17,149 nucleotides of DNA from a virus (lineage: Duplodnaviria; Heunggongvirae; Uroviricota; Caudoviricetes). Position numbers and translations under genes: made by a program. Where the stretch lies: the IMG/VR virus record IMGVR_UViG_2606217105_000018, positions 1 to 17,149 of that record; one strand, written 5' to 3'. Shown here piece by piece: positions 7,924 through 17,149 of the stretch. The stretch's first letter is position 1. Each line of letters opens with the position of its first letter. The notes under the pieces were generated by a model. The model was not told the DNA's origin, searched no databases, and saw only the letters and a list, made by a program, of their open reading frames with translations.

Positions 7924-8147
7924 GACACACCACCATTACCGCCCGTGACCTCGAATGTCTGGAGCATATGCGCAATGTCGGCCAGCTCGTCAATGAGCTG
8001 ATGCAGGTGCAGGACTGCGCCACCGTTCGTCGTGACCCGGCGCAGCAGTTACAGCTCACCTCCGTGATTTACCTCATGACCGCCCAGCTCGACGGCGTGG
8101 TCGAACGCTGCAATCAGCAGTGGCTGACCGGGGAGGGTAACGCATGA
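7920..8147 (+). CDS. hypothetical protein, satellite early operon
   Basis: 75-aa ORF with ATGA overlaps at both ends (translational coupling), same strand, directly upstream of the alpha operon genes. Occupies the slot where P4 epsilon would lie, but I cannot confirm identity. Confidence 0.5.
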   Translation: MRHTTITARDLECLEHMRNVGQLVNELMQVQDCATVRRDPAQQLQLTSVIYLMTAQLDGVVERCNQQWLTGEGNA

Positions 8148-8464
8148 AACAGCCATTACCGCCCGTATTACGCGCCGCGCTGTATCGTCGCGCCGTGGCC
8201 TGTGCATGGCTGACCCTGTGCGAACGCCAGCACCGCTACCCGCACCTCACCCTCGACGCGCTGGAAAGCGCCATTGCCGCCGAGCTGGAGGGCTTTTACC
8301 TGCGCCAGCACGGCGAGGAAAAAGGTCGCCAGATTGCCTGTGCACTGCTGGAAGATTTAATGGAAGCCGGACCACTCAAAGCCGCGCCGTCGCTGTCCTT
8401 TTTCGGGCTGGCCGTGATGGATGAGCTTTGCGCCCGTCATATCACCGCACCGGCACTGCACTGA
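8144..8464 (+). CDS. hypothetical protein, satellite early operon
   Basis: 106-aa ORF, start overlapping the previous stop (ATGA), ending 15 bp before the alpha start. Confidence 0.5.
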   Translation: MKQPLPPVLRAALYRRAVACAWLTLCERQHRYPHLTLDALESAIAAELEGFYLRQHGEEKGRQIACALLEDLMEAGPLKAAPSLSFFGLAVMDELCARHITAPALH

Positions 8465-8478
8465 GGGAGAAAATAACT

Positions 8479-10812
8479 ATGAAAATGAACGTAACGGAAA
8501 CCGTAAAACAGGCGTGCGGTCACTGGCCGCGCATTCTCCCTGCGCTGGGTGTGAAGGTGATTAAAAACCGCCATCAGGCCTGTCCGGTGTGTGGCGGCTC
8601 TGACCGTTTCCGCTTTGACGATAAAGAAGGGCGCGGGACGTGGTTCTGCAATCAGTGTGGCGCAGGTGACGGGCTTAAGCTGGTAGAGAAAGTGTTTGGC
8701 GTGACCCCGTCAGAAGCTGCCGGGAAGGTGAACGCCGTGACCGGCAATCTGTCGCCGGTTGCCCCGGAAGTGATTGCGGCCGCAGAGGCTGAAACCGATG
8801 CCGATCGCAAAGCGGCGGCCGAGCTGGCCGCGAAACTGATGGAGAAAACCCGACCGGCCACCGGCAACGCCTACCTCACCCGCAAGGGCTTCCCCGCTCT
8901 GGAATGTCTGACGCTCACCGTCATGCATAAAACCGGCGGCGTGACGTTCCGCGCCGGGGATGTGGTTGTCCCGCTGTATGACGATACCGTCGCACTGGTT
9001 AACCTTCAGCTTATCAATGCTGACGGTCTCAAACGCACCCTGAAAGGCGGTCAGGTCAAAGGGGCATGTCATATCATCGAAGGGAAAAAACAGGCCGGAA
9101 AACGCCTGTGGATTGCAGAGGGTTATGCGACCGCACTCACCGTGCATCACCTGACCGGGGAAACCGTCATGGTGGCGCTGTCCTCCGTGAACCTCCTTTC
9201 TCTGGCGAGCCTTGCCCGTCAGAAATATCCGGCCTGTCAGATTGTGCTCGCTGCCGACCGTGACCTTAACGGCGACGGCCAGAGTAAAGCCGCTGCGGCC
9301 GCAGATGCCTGTGAGGGCATTGTTGCCCTGCCGCCGGTGTTCGGTGACTGGAATGATGCGTTTATACAGTACGGCGAGGAGGCCACGCGCAAGACTATTT
9401 ATGACGCCATCCGGCCACCGGCGCAAAGCCCATTCGACACCATGAGCGAGGCGGAATTTACCGCCATGAGCGCCAGCGACAAGGCTTTGCGGGTGCATGA
9501 GCATTACGGTGAAGCGCTGGCGGTGGATGCGAACGGCCAGCTCCTGTCCCGCTATGAAAACGGCATCTGGAAAAATATCCCTGCCGCCACTTTTTCACGG
9601 AATGTGGCTGATTTATTCCAGCGCTTACGCGCCCCGTTCTCGTCCGGGAAAATTGCCTCGGTGGTGGAGACCCTGAAACTGATTATTCCGCAGCAGGATA
9701 CACCGGCGCGCCGTCTGATTGGCTTTCGCAACGGGGTACTCGATACTCAAAGCGGCGTATTCAGCCCGCACCACAAATCGCACTGGCTGCGCACATTGTG
9801 CGATGTGGATTTCACCCCGCCGGTGGAGGGGGAAACGCTGGAGACGCACGCGCCGAACTTCTGGCGCTGGCTCGACCGTGCAGCCGGTAAAAATCCACAA
9901 AAACGCGACGTGATTCTGGCTGCGCTGTTTATGGTGCTGGCGAACCGTTACGACTGGCAGCTCTTTCTCGAAGTGACCGGTCCCGGCGGGAGTGGCAAAA
10001 GTATTCTGGCTGAAATCGCGACCCTGCTCGCCGGAGAGGATAACGCCACGTCAGCCGATATCGACACACTGGAAGACCCGCGCAAGCGTGCCTCCCTGAT
10101 TGGCTTCTCGCTTATCCGTCTGCCTGACCAGGAAAAATGGAGCGGTGACGGCGCAGGACTCAAGGCCATCACCGGCGGCGATGCAGTTTCAGTTGACCCG
10201 AAATACCAGAATCCGTACTCAACGCATATTCCGGCGGTGATTCTGGCCGTGAACAATAACCCCATGCGCTTCACCGACCGCAGCGGCGGTGTGTCACGCC
10301 GCCGGGTGATTATTCACTTCCCGGAACAGATTGCCCCGGAGGAACGCGACCCGCAGCTCAGGGATAAAATTGCGCGCGAGCTGGCCGTCATTGTGCGCCA
10401 GCTTATGCAGAAATTCAGCGACCCGATGACCGCACGCGCACTGCTTCAGTCGCAGCAGAACTCCGACGAGGCGCTCAGCATTAAGCGCGATGCTGACCCG
10501 ACATTTGATTTTTGCGGCTATCTGGAAATGCTCCCGCAGACCAACGGGATGTTTATGGGGAATGCCAGCATCATCCCGCGGAATTATCGTAAATATCTCT
10601 ATCACGCGTATCTGGCCTATATGGAGGCCAACGGCTACAGAAACGTGCTCAGCCTGAAAATGTTCGGGCTGGGGCTGCCCATGATGCTGAAAGAGTACGG
10701 CCTGAATTATGAGAAGCGGCACACCAAGCAGGGGATACAGACCAATCTGTCGCTGAAAGAGGAAAGCTACGGCGACTGGCTGCCGAAGTGCGACGAACCC
10801 GCAGCAACATAA
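8479..10812 (+). CDS. alpha: Alpha-type primase-helicase (zinc-binding primase, TOPRIM, D5-like helicase)
   Basis: N-terminal CPVCGG...FCNQCG zinc-binding motif, a primase region, and Walker A GPGGSGKS in the C-terminal helicase part. ATG at 8479 has a strong GAGGGAGA Shine-Dalgarno and gives 777 aa, the size I recall for P4 alpha. The ORF-track start at 8428 lacks a ribosome-binding site and overlaps the preceding gene. Confidence 0.9.
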   Translation: MKMNVTETVKQACGHWPRILPALGVKVIKNRHQACPVCGGSDRFRFDDKEGRGTWFCNQCGAGDGLKLVEKVFGVTPSEAAGKVNAVTGNLSPVAPEVIAAAEAETDADRKAAAELAAKLMEKTRPATGNAYLTRKGFPALECLTLTVMHKTGGVTFRAGDVVVPLYDDTVALVNLQLINADGLKRTLKGGQVKGACHIIEGKKQAGKRLWIAEGYATALTVHHLTGETVMVALSSVNLLSLASLARQKYPACQIVLAADRDLNGDGQSKAAAAADACEGIVALPPVFGDWNDAFIQYGEEATRKTIYDAIRPPAQSPFDTMSEAEFTAMSASDKALRVHEHYGEALAVDANGQLLSRYENGIWKNIPAATFSRNVADLFQRLRAPFSSGKIASVVETLKLIIPQQDTPARRLIGFRNGVLDTQSGVFSPHHKSHWLRTLCDVDFTPPVEGETLETHAPNFWRWLDRAAGKNPQKRDVILAALFMVLANRYDWQLFLEVTGPGGSGKSILAEIATLLAGEDNATSADIDTLEDPRKRASLIGFSLIRLPDQEKWSGDGAGLKAITGGDAVSVDPKYQNPYSTHIPAVILAVNNNPMRFTDRSGGVSRRRVIIHFPEQIAPEERDPQLRDKIARELAVIVRQLMQKFSDPMTARALLQSQQNSDEALSIKRDADPTFDFCGYLEMLPQTNGMFMGNASIIPRNYRKYLYHAYLAYMEANGYRNVLSLKMFGLGLPMMLKEYGLNYEKRHTKQGIQTNLSLKEESYGDWLPKCDEPAAT

Positions 10813-10860
10813 CCTCACTCAGACCGGCAACAGCCGGTCTTTTCCTTTCTGGCCATTGCC

Positions 10861-11152
10861 ACAGGGTGAACAATCCACTGTTCACCCTTCACCGTATATT
10901 CACCCTGTATCACCATGAAATTATTGATAAAAAACCAGAGGTGAACAGTGTGAACAGTAAAACCTGAAAAAACTTTTTATCACCCCTCACATCGCCTGAG
11001 CGGACGGTTCCAGAACGAGCACAAATCACAAAGGTGAAGAGTCGACTGTTCACTCTTCACCAACCGTTCACCACTTATCATTCTGATATTAAAAAGAAAA
11101 ATAACGAGGTGAACAGTGTGAACAGTTAAATGCAAAAAAACTTTTTTTCAAT
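10861..11152. repeat. crr-like region: two direct repeats of about 110 bp, each carrying TGTTCACC/GGTGAACA iterons
   Basis: Repeat 1 is about 10873-10985 and repeat 2 about 11041-11152. Each has ctgttcac.cttcacc..., then gaggtgaacagtgtgaacagt, then an A6-8CTTTTT element. This matches the published description of the P4 cis replication region downstream of alpha. Confidence 0.6.
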
Positions 11153-11458
11153 GCTCATTGTTTAAGAAAAAAAGACCACATGAAAAAGGTGGCACATTTC
11201 TAAAGAGGGATCGTATTACTATGACATTTCATAATTGGTACACGTTTAGGTACACAACTGAAAGTTGAATACGGAAAAATCCTTTACATTTAATATATTA
11301 AGAAATTTATTCAGACTCCGCCAGCCCACCAATCATGATTGGACGGTGTAAGGACAACACCAACAAAAACAGGAAGTTAGCAGTCTCAGCAGGACACCGA
11401 CCAGACGGTGAGGAGACAAAAAAGGATACGCAAAGGAGCCGCGGCTCTCGAGTGACAC

Positions 11459-11490
11459 AAAAGCCCGCTTATGCGGGCTTTTTGTTTTTC
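11459..11490 (+). terminator. rho-independent terminator
   Basis: AAAGCCCGC-TTAT-GCGGGCTTT perfect hairpin followed by TTGTTTTTC, about 70 bp upstream of the endonuclease gene. Confidence 0.5.
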
Positions 11491-11559
11491 CCTTAAGTTC
11501 CTAGCCGCTTATCTATAACTATGGAAAAATGTTAACCCTGACTGTATGTTAACAAAGGG

Positions 11560-12774
11560 ATGTATATGTCGGTTTTTCATAACTGGCTGCTTGATATCGC
11601 AAGCGGGAATTACTTTATCTACATCAAACGCCTTTCTGCAAACGACACAGGCGCAACAGGTGGCCATCAGGTCGGACTTTATATCCCCTCAAATATCGTT
11701 GAAAAGCTTTTTCCATCTATCAATCATACTCGCGAACTGAACCCTTCAGTCTTCCTTACTGCGCATGTATCATCCCATGATTGCCCTGATACCCAAGCAC
11801 GCGCAATTTATTACAACAACCGTTATTTTGGTAAGACCCGAAACGAAAAAAGAATTACGCGCTGGGGGAGAGGAAGTCCATTACAGAACCCTGAAAATAC
11901 AGGAGCCCTCACAATTCTTGCTTTCAGGTTAAACGAACAGAACACTGACTGTTCCGAGGTAGATATATGGGTCTGCGTCAATCCCGATGAAGAGGATATC
12001 ATCGAGTCTGCTATTGGCGAAATCATACCTGGAACCCTAATTTCCGGCCCTGCCGGACAAATTTTGGGCGGATTGTCTCTTCAGCAAACTCCAGTAAATC
12101 ATAAATATGTTATTCCTGAAGACTGGAAGAAGCGTTTTCCTTCTGGAAACGAAATTATTCAATATGCTGCTGGCCATTATGCTAAAAACTCCAAGGATCC
12201 AGATGAGCAACTGATTGACCGTCGGCGTGTCGAGTATGATATTTTTCTACTCGTCGAGGAATTACATGTTCTTGATATTATTAAGAAAGGATTCGATTCT
12301 GTAGATGAGTTTATTGCATTAGCCAACTCTGTCAGTAATCGACGTAAATCAAGGGCAGGCAAATCACTTGAACTTCACCTAGAGAAGCTTTTTATCGAGC
12401 ACGGACTACGGCATTTCTCCACTCAGGCAGTTACTGAAGGTAATAAAAAACCAGATTTCCTGTTTCCTTCAGCAGAGGCATATCATAACGTTGAATTTCC
12501 TGTAGAAAACTTACGTATGCTGGCAGTAAAGACCACCTGCAAAGATCGCTGGCGTCAGATACTGAATGAAGCAGATAAAATCCATCAGGTACATTTATTT
12601 ACACTGCAAGAAGGTGTTTCTTCAGCACAATACCGAGAAATGAAAGATGCGGGTGTCAGACTCGTTGTACCATCAACTTTACATAAAAAATACCCAGAAG
12701 CAGTTAGAGAAGAATTAATAACGCTCGGAGCATTCATTACTGAGCTGATAGAGCTTTACGCTGAACTATCATAG
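11560..12774 (+). CDS. ecoRIIR: Type IIE restriction endonuclease, EcoRII family (CCWGG)
   Basis: ORF of 404 aa from 11560, or 402 aa from the ATG at 11566 which has better AAGGGA spacing. The sequence matches my recollection of R.EcoRII; size and convergent pairing with a Dcm/M.EcoRII-like methyltransferase support the call. Confidence 0.8.
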   Translation: MYMSVFHNWLLDIASGNYFIYIKRLSANDTGATGGHQVGLYIPSNIVEKLFPSINHTRELNPSVFLTAHVSSHDCPDTQARAIYYNNRYFGKTRNEKRITRWGRGSPLQNPENTGALTILAFRLNEQNTDCSEVDIWVCVNPDEEDIIESAIGEIIPGTLISGPAGQILGGLSLQQTPVNHKYVIPEDWKKRFPSGNEIIQYAAGHYAKNSKDPDEQLIDRRRVEYDIFLLVEELHVLDIIKKGFDSVDEFIALANSVSNRRKSRAGKSLELHLEKLFIEHGLRHFSTQAVTEGNKKPDFLFPSAEAYHNVEFPVENLRMLAVKTTCKDRWRQILNEADKIHQVHLFTLQEGVSSAQYREMKDAGVRLVVPSTLHKKYPEAVREELITLGAFITELIELYAELS

Positions 12775-12779
12775 GCTGA

Positions 12780-12802
12780 CTCCCGGCTTAAAAGGCCGGG
12801 AG
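12780..12802. terminator. inverted repeat between the convergent R and M genes (weak bidirectional terminator candidate)
   Basis: CTCCCGGC-ttaaaag-GCCGGGAG lies between the R stop (12774) and the M stop (12809). No clear T-tract on either side. Confidence 0.3.
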
Positions 12803-12808
12803 ATGTTC

Positions 12809-14242
12809 TCAAGGCTGCCCAGTCTTACCAGCATCAGCAGAAACAGCTTTGAGGATATAGGGTTCCAGAAGTCTGGCAACAGCTTCAAATACTGGCACCA
12901 CAACTGAGTTACCGAACTGCCGATATGACTGAGTATCTGAAACCGGAATACGGAATGGTTTCCCTCCAGGTTTTTCAAATCCCATAAGGCGTGCGCACTC
13001 TCGGGGAGTCAGCCTGCGTGGTCGACGAGCCTGATTACTCTCATTCATAAAGTCAGCCTCTCCCGTTGCCATATCCCAACCACGATCAATAAGAATTTCT
13101 GATCCGTCTTTGTGATATCTGGCAGAAAGTGTGCGTGCAATGCTTTCCTTATTCTCAGGATTGACCAACCCAAAGCCAAAACCATTCCCCTTGGCTGCAT
13201 GCTTTTTGGCGTAGTTATAAAGGTACTCCCATAGTTTTGGCGTAAGTATATATTTACTGTCGACTACAGGCTCCAGCAATTCACCAAATGATGGGCGGTG
13301 TTCCGGATAAAAACGACTGATATCACGCAAGGTAAACCCCTTGTGAATATTCAGATCTCGTCTAAATCCGACCAGAACAATACGTTCACGATGCTGAGGC
13401 AAAAAATGCTTCCCATCGATAATCTTTGGATCGTTTTTTCCCATTTCTGCAGCATCGGCAACTTCGTAGCCCAGCTCGTCAAGGGTCTCCATAATGACTT
13501 TGAAAGTTTTACCCTTATCATGGCTCTTCAGATTTTTGACATTTTCCAGCACAAAAATTGCCGGTTTTTTTGCTCGTATAATACGTGCCACGTCAAAAAA
13601 AAGTGTTCCTTGTGCTTCACATTCAAAACCATGCGCACGACCAAGTGAGTTTTTCTTACTAACACCAGCAAGGCTAAATGGCTGGCACGGGAACCCCGCA
13701 AGAAGCACATCATGATCCGGCACATGCTCATCAATATATGCATAAGCATCCGTTTCCAATACATCGGTTTTATCACTCAGCGTGACTTCCCGAATATCGA
13801 GATTGAATTTATGCACCTGTTCATCGTTAAACCAGTTGGCCTTGTATGTACGCACAGCATCTTTATTCCATTCACTGGTAAAAACACACTGGCCTCCAAT
13901 GGCCTCAAAACCTTTCCGTATCCCTCCAATTCCAGCAAATAAGTCAATGAAGCGGAAAGCATATTCCGGATGGTTTGCAGGTGGTTCTGGTAGCATCTTA
14001 CGCAGAAGAGACTCTTCTACTGAAGTCAACGATTTTGGTAAACACTTGCCATTAATCCAGCGGTTAATGGTTTCACGGCTCCACTCATTTTTTCCGACTT
14101 TTCTCAGTAATTCAGCCACATACTTCTGATCATAGATTTCCAGCACTTTCTCGATAAGCTTTTTATCATTTTCCTGTCGCAGCTTTTCTTCCGCCTCGGC
14201 TTCCTTCAGCAGATGCTGTGCCAACACTTCAAATTCAGACAT
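12809..14242 (-). CDS. ecoRIIM: C5-cytosine DNA methyltransferase, Dcm/M.EcoRII family (CCWGG)
   Basis: Motif [18 protein letters not shown], the catalytic [11 protein letters not shown] (PC motif) and ENVKNL (motif VI). Starting at the internal ATG 14242 (MSEFEVL..., GGAGG 7 nt upstream) gives 477 aa, the size I recall for M.EcoRII. The ORF-track start at 14284 has no ribosome-binding site. Confidence 0.9.
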   Translation of the reverse strand: MSEFEVLAQHLLKEAEAEEKLRQENDKKLIEKVLEIYDQKYVAELLRKVGKNEWSRETINRWINGKCLPKSLTSVEESLLRKMLPEPPANHPEYAFRFIDLFAGIGGIRKGFEAIGGQCVFTSEWNKDAVRTYKANWFNDEQVHKFNLDIREVTLSDKTDVLETDAYAYIDEHVPDHDVLLAGFPCQPFSLAGVSKKNSLGRAHGFECEAQGTLFFDVARIIRAKKPAIFVLENVKNLKSHDKGKTFKVIMETLDELGYEVADAAEMGKNDPKIIDGKHFLPQHRERIVLVGFRRDLNIHKGFTLRDISRFYPEHRPSFGELLEPVVDSKYILTPKLWEYLYNYAKKHAAKGNGFGFGLVNPENKESIARTLSARYHKDGSEILIDRGWDMATGEADFMNESNQARRPRRLTPRECARLMGFEKPGGKPFRIPVSDTQSYRQFGNSVVVPVFEAVARLLEPYILKAVSADAGKTGQP

Positions 14243-14603
14243 AATTCCTCCAAGGGGTCTAATGGGTGAAACTTTATCACTCATTCAACCCAGAAGGAAA
14301 TGTTTTATCTGGATATTTAAACAGTGACTACAACGTAATCTAGCACTGGTGATGCTTTGTTAGGCATAGAGAATCATTCTATATACGACTAATGACAGAA
14401 AAACAGCAGACAAGTAGTTTGTTCATAAATTAACGCATACTATGTGTCTACGGTTTTCGAGACCGGTCCAATCATCAAACGAAACATAAAATTAGCTCAC
14501 ATTATGAGGAAAAGTATCTTTTTTGTACTATGTAAATTCAAAGGCTTAGCCTCATTTCTCCGATGGTTTTCTCAACACTACTGGTTGTGAGCCCTTGCAA
14601 TGA

Positions 14604-15422
<819 letters not shown>

Positions 15423-15441
15423 GTCTTTAAGTGATAAGCAT

Positions 15442-15490
15442 AAACCGCAGCACGTCATGCATACGTCGTGTCTGCGGTTTTTCTTTTTTG
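15442..15490 (+). terminator. rho-independent terminator after the GIY-YIG gene
   Basis: AAACCGCAG ... CTGCGGTTT stem enclosing a smaller palindromic loop, followed by TTTTTCTTTTTTG. Confidence 0.5.
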
Positions 15491-15491
15491 C

Positions 15492-16076
15492 TTACACGGT
15501 GTCTGGTTCTTCTGGCCACTCAATATCCGGTGCAGTTGATGTATCAACACGGTTCAGCAACACCCGATACTTTTTCCAGGCTTCCAGCAATGAGGTTTCT
15601 TCCTCCGTTGCGATTTCCAGATCTACAGCATCCTGAAGTGGCGCAATATGCTCACTGGCTACCTGCATCAGGCTGTTTTTTGTTTCTTCTGCCTCCCGGA
15701 TCCGGAACAGTTTTTCTGCTTCCGTATCCTTCACCCAGGCTGTGCCGTTCCACTTCTGATATTCCCCTCCCGGCGACAACCAGGTAACATTTTCCGGTAA
15801 CGGACCGAGTTCAGAAATAAATAACGCGTCGCCGGAAGCCACGTCATAAACCGTTTTACCCCGATGGTCTTCAACGAGATGCCACGATGCCTCATCACTG
15901 TTGAAAACAGCCACGAAGCCTGCCGGAATATCTGGTGGTGCAATATCGGTACTGTTTGCTGGCAGACCTGTATGAGGCGGAATATATGCGTCACCTTCAC
16001 CAATAAATTCATTAGTTCCGGCCAGCAGATTATAAATTTTTATGGTCCGTGCTTGTTCACTCATTCTGAATGCCAT
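15492..16076 (-). CDS. tfa: tail fibre assembly protein (Tfa family chaperone)
   Basis: 194-aa [50 protein letters not shown]..., a typical lambdoid Tfa N-terminus. Its ATG overlaps the upstream tail-fibre stop (TAATG). Confidence 0.85.
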   Translation of the reverse strand: MAFRMSEQARTIKIYNLLAGTNEFIGEGDAYIPPHTGLPANSTDIAPPDIPAGFVAVFNSDEASWHLVEDHRGKTVYDVASGDALFISELGPLPENVTWLSPGGEYQKWNGTAWVKDTEAEKLFRIREAEETKNSLMQVASEHIAPLQDAVDLEIATEEETSLLEAWKKYRVLLNRVDTSTAPDIEWPEEPDTV

Positions 16077-17149
16077 TATGCAAGCCTCACAATATAGTTA
16101 AATGCGATGTTTTTGACGGTGTTTTCCGCGTTACCAGCAGCGTTAACGGTGATGGTGTGTCCATGTGAACCAATCGCAACGGAGTGCGTATGAGCACCAA
16201 TACCGACAGTATGCGCGTGTGCACCTGCAGATGCTGCTGTGCCGGACAGTGAATGGCTATGATTACCATCTGTACTGGTATTCGCTAACCACCCCGTAGA
16301 CATACCTACTGAGCCTTGTACACCCCAGGTATTTTGACCTGAGCTTGTATAACCATATTGATAAGTATCTTTAAAAACACTGGGGTTAAATCGACGGCCA
16401 TCTCTATGGCTGTGATTACCAGCTGCATTCGTGCTGCCACTTAAACTATGGGTATGCGCACCAGTGTTATTCGTGGATTTAGTGCCGTAATCAAACGACG
16501 ATGTGGTTTTCGTCCCCAAATCCGTACTGGATGCGCTGGCGCTGTGGGTGTGCGATTTAATACCGTCCTGTTCCTGAGACAAGCAGACCTCGCTGCTGCG
16601 CTGGCCTGTTCAGTGGCTTCGCCAGCCTTCGTTGTGGCTGTTGAAGCAGACGATGCGGCACTTTCTGCCGATTTTCCGGCGGCGGTGGCACTGGCTGAGG
16701 CCTGCCCGGCACTTGTTGACGCGGCACTGGCAGACGACGCAGCCGCTGTTTTTGAGCCTGCCGCAGCCGAGGCGCTCTGTCCCGCTGCCGTTTCAGAAGA
16801 CCTGGCGTTTGTCTCAGACGTCTTTGCCGCCTTCGCGGAATTGCCTGCCGCCGTTGCCGAGGAAGCGGCACTACTGGCGCTTGATGATGCGTTCGTTTCT
16901 GATGATTTCGCTGCCTCTTTTGAGGCCGCCGCATCCCGGGCTGAGGTGGCTGCTTCTGACGCCTTCGTGGTCGCGGCGGATGCAGAAGTGGCTGCTGATT
17001 GTTGTGACGCTGCCGCATTCGTTTCTGACGTTTTCGCCGCAGCGGCACTGGTAGCTGCCGCGCTTTTTGAGGACTCTGCAGCGGCAGCACTTTTTGATGC
17101 TTCAGTGGCCTTTGTTGATGCCGTTCCTGCGCTGGAAGACGCTGACTGA
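16076..17149 (-). pseudogene. stf: side tail fibre protein, partial at window edge and apparently frameshifted
   Basis: The C-terminal 168 codons (16076-16582) carry H-x-H repeats ([28 protein letters not shown]) and end in [15 protein letters not shown]. The region 16583-17149 is open in a different minus-strand frame that encodes a Ser/Ala/Thr-rich repeat with recurring KTSETNA units, typical of a tail-fibre N-terminal shaft. The two frames overlap only between about 16460 and 16611. Confidence 0.5.

Noticed and set aside
8652-10885. Several minus-strand ORFs (71 to 264 aa) inside the alpha gene
   Set aside because: They are antisense to a 777-aa primase-helicase with clear motifs; open antisense frames are typical in GC-rich coding sequence.
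6741-11152. Possibility that the short direct repeats are a CRISPR array
   Set aside because: The repeats are 8-bp iterons with irregular spacing and two long tandem units, with no regular repeat-spacer periodicity and no cas genes.
11153-11559. tRNA or tmRNA gene as integration target within the window
   Set aside because: I found no T-arm-like GTTCGAATC segment or acceptor-stem/CCA end here or elsewhere. The target is presumably upstream of base 1.
11823-14129. Short ORFs (60 to 116 aa) inside the endonuclease and methyltransferase genes
   Set aside because: Antisense or out-of-frame with two long, motif-bearing genes.
15431-16097. Plus-strand ORFs (118 and 77 aa) and a minus-strand 93-aa ORF over the tfa gene
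   Set aside because: They overlap a clearly recognisable Tfa-family gene on the minus strand and have no supporting signals.
16448-17149. 233-aa Ala-rich plus-strand ORF and 177-aa Arg/Gln-rich minus-strand ORF
   Set aside because: Both are alternative readings of the repetitive tail-fibre shaft region. The minus-strand frame entering at 17148 gives the typical Ser/Ala/Thr tail-fibre repeat, and it is in a different phase from the 177-aa ORF.

Overview
This window looks like an enterobacterial accessory region made of two phage-derived modules with defence cargo between them. Bases 1 to about 11150 form a P4-type satellite prophage with all its core parts: an IntA-like integrase starting at base 1, a cos-like site, psu-delta-sid on the minus strand, TGTTCACC iterons (ori-like), an AlpA/Vis-like regulator, short early genes, the alpha primase-helicase, and a crr-like pair of direct repeats. 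Between the integrase and cos, where P4-like satellites carry variable cargo, sits a tightly packed, AT-rich three-gene operon: a DUF262/ParB-like protein, an ABC/AAA_21-type ATPase and a 302-aa protein with no recognisable motifs. I consider this the strongest candidate for an undescribed anti-phage system. To the right of the satellite lie a convergent EcoRII-type restriction-modification pair, an orphan GIY-YIG-like protein, and lambdoid tail-fibre genes (tfa plus a frameshifted tail fibre that runs off the window end). All family assignments come from reading the translated ORFs and from remembered motifs; no database search was run.
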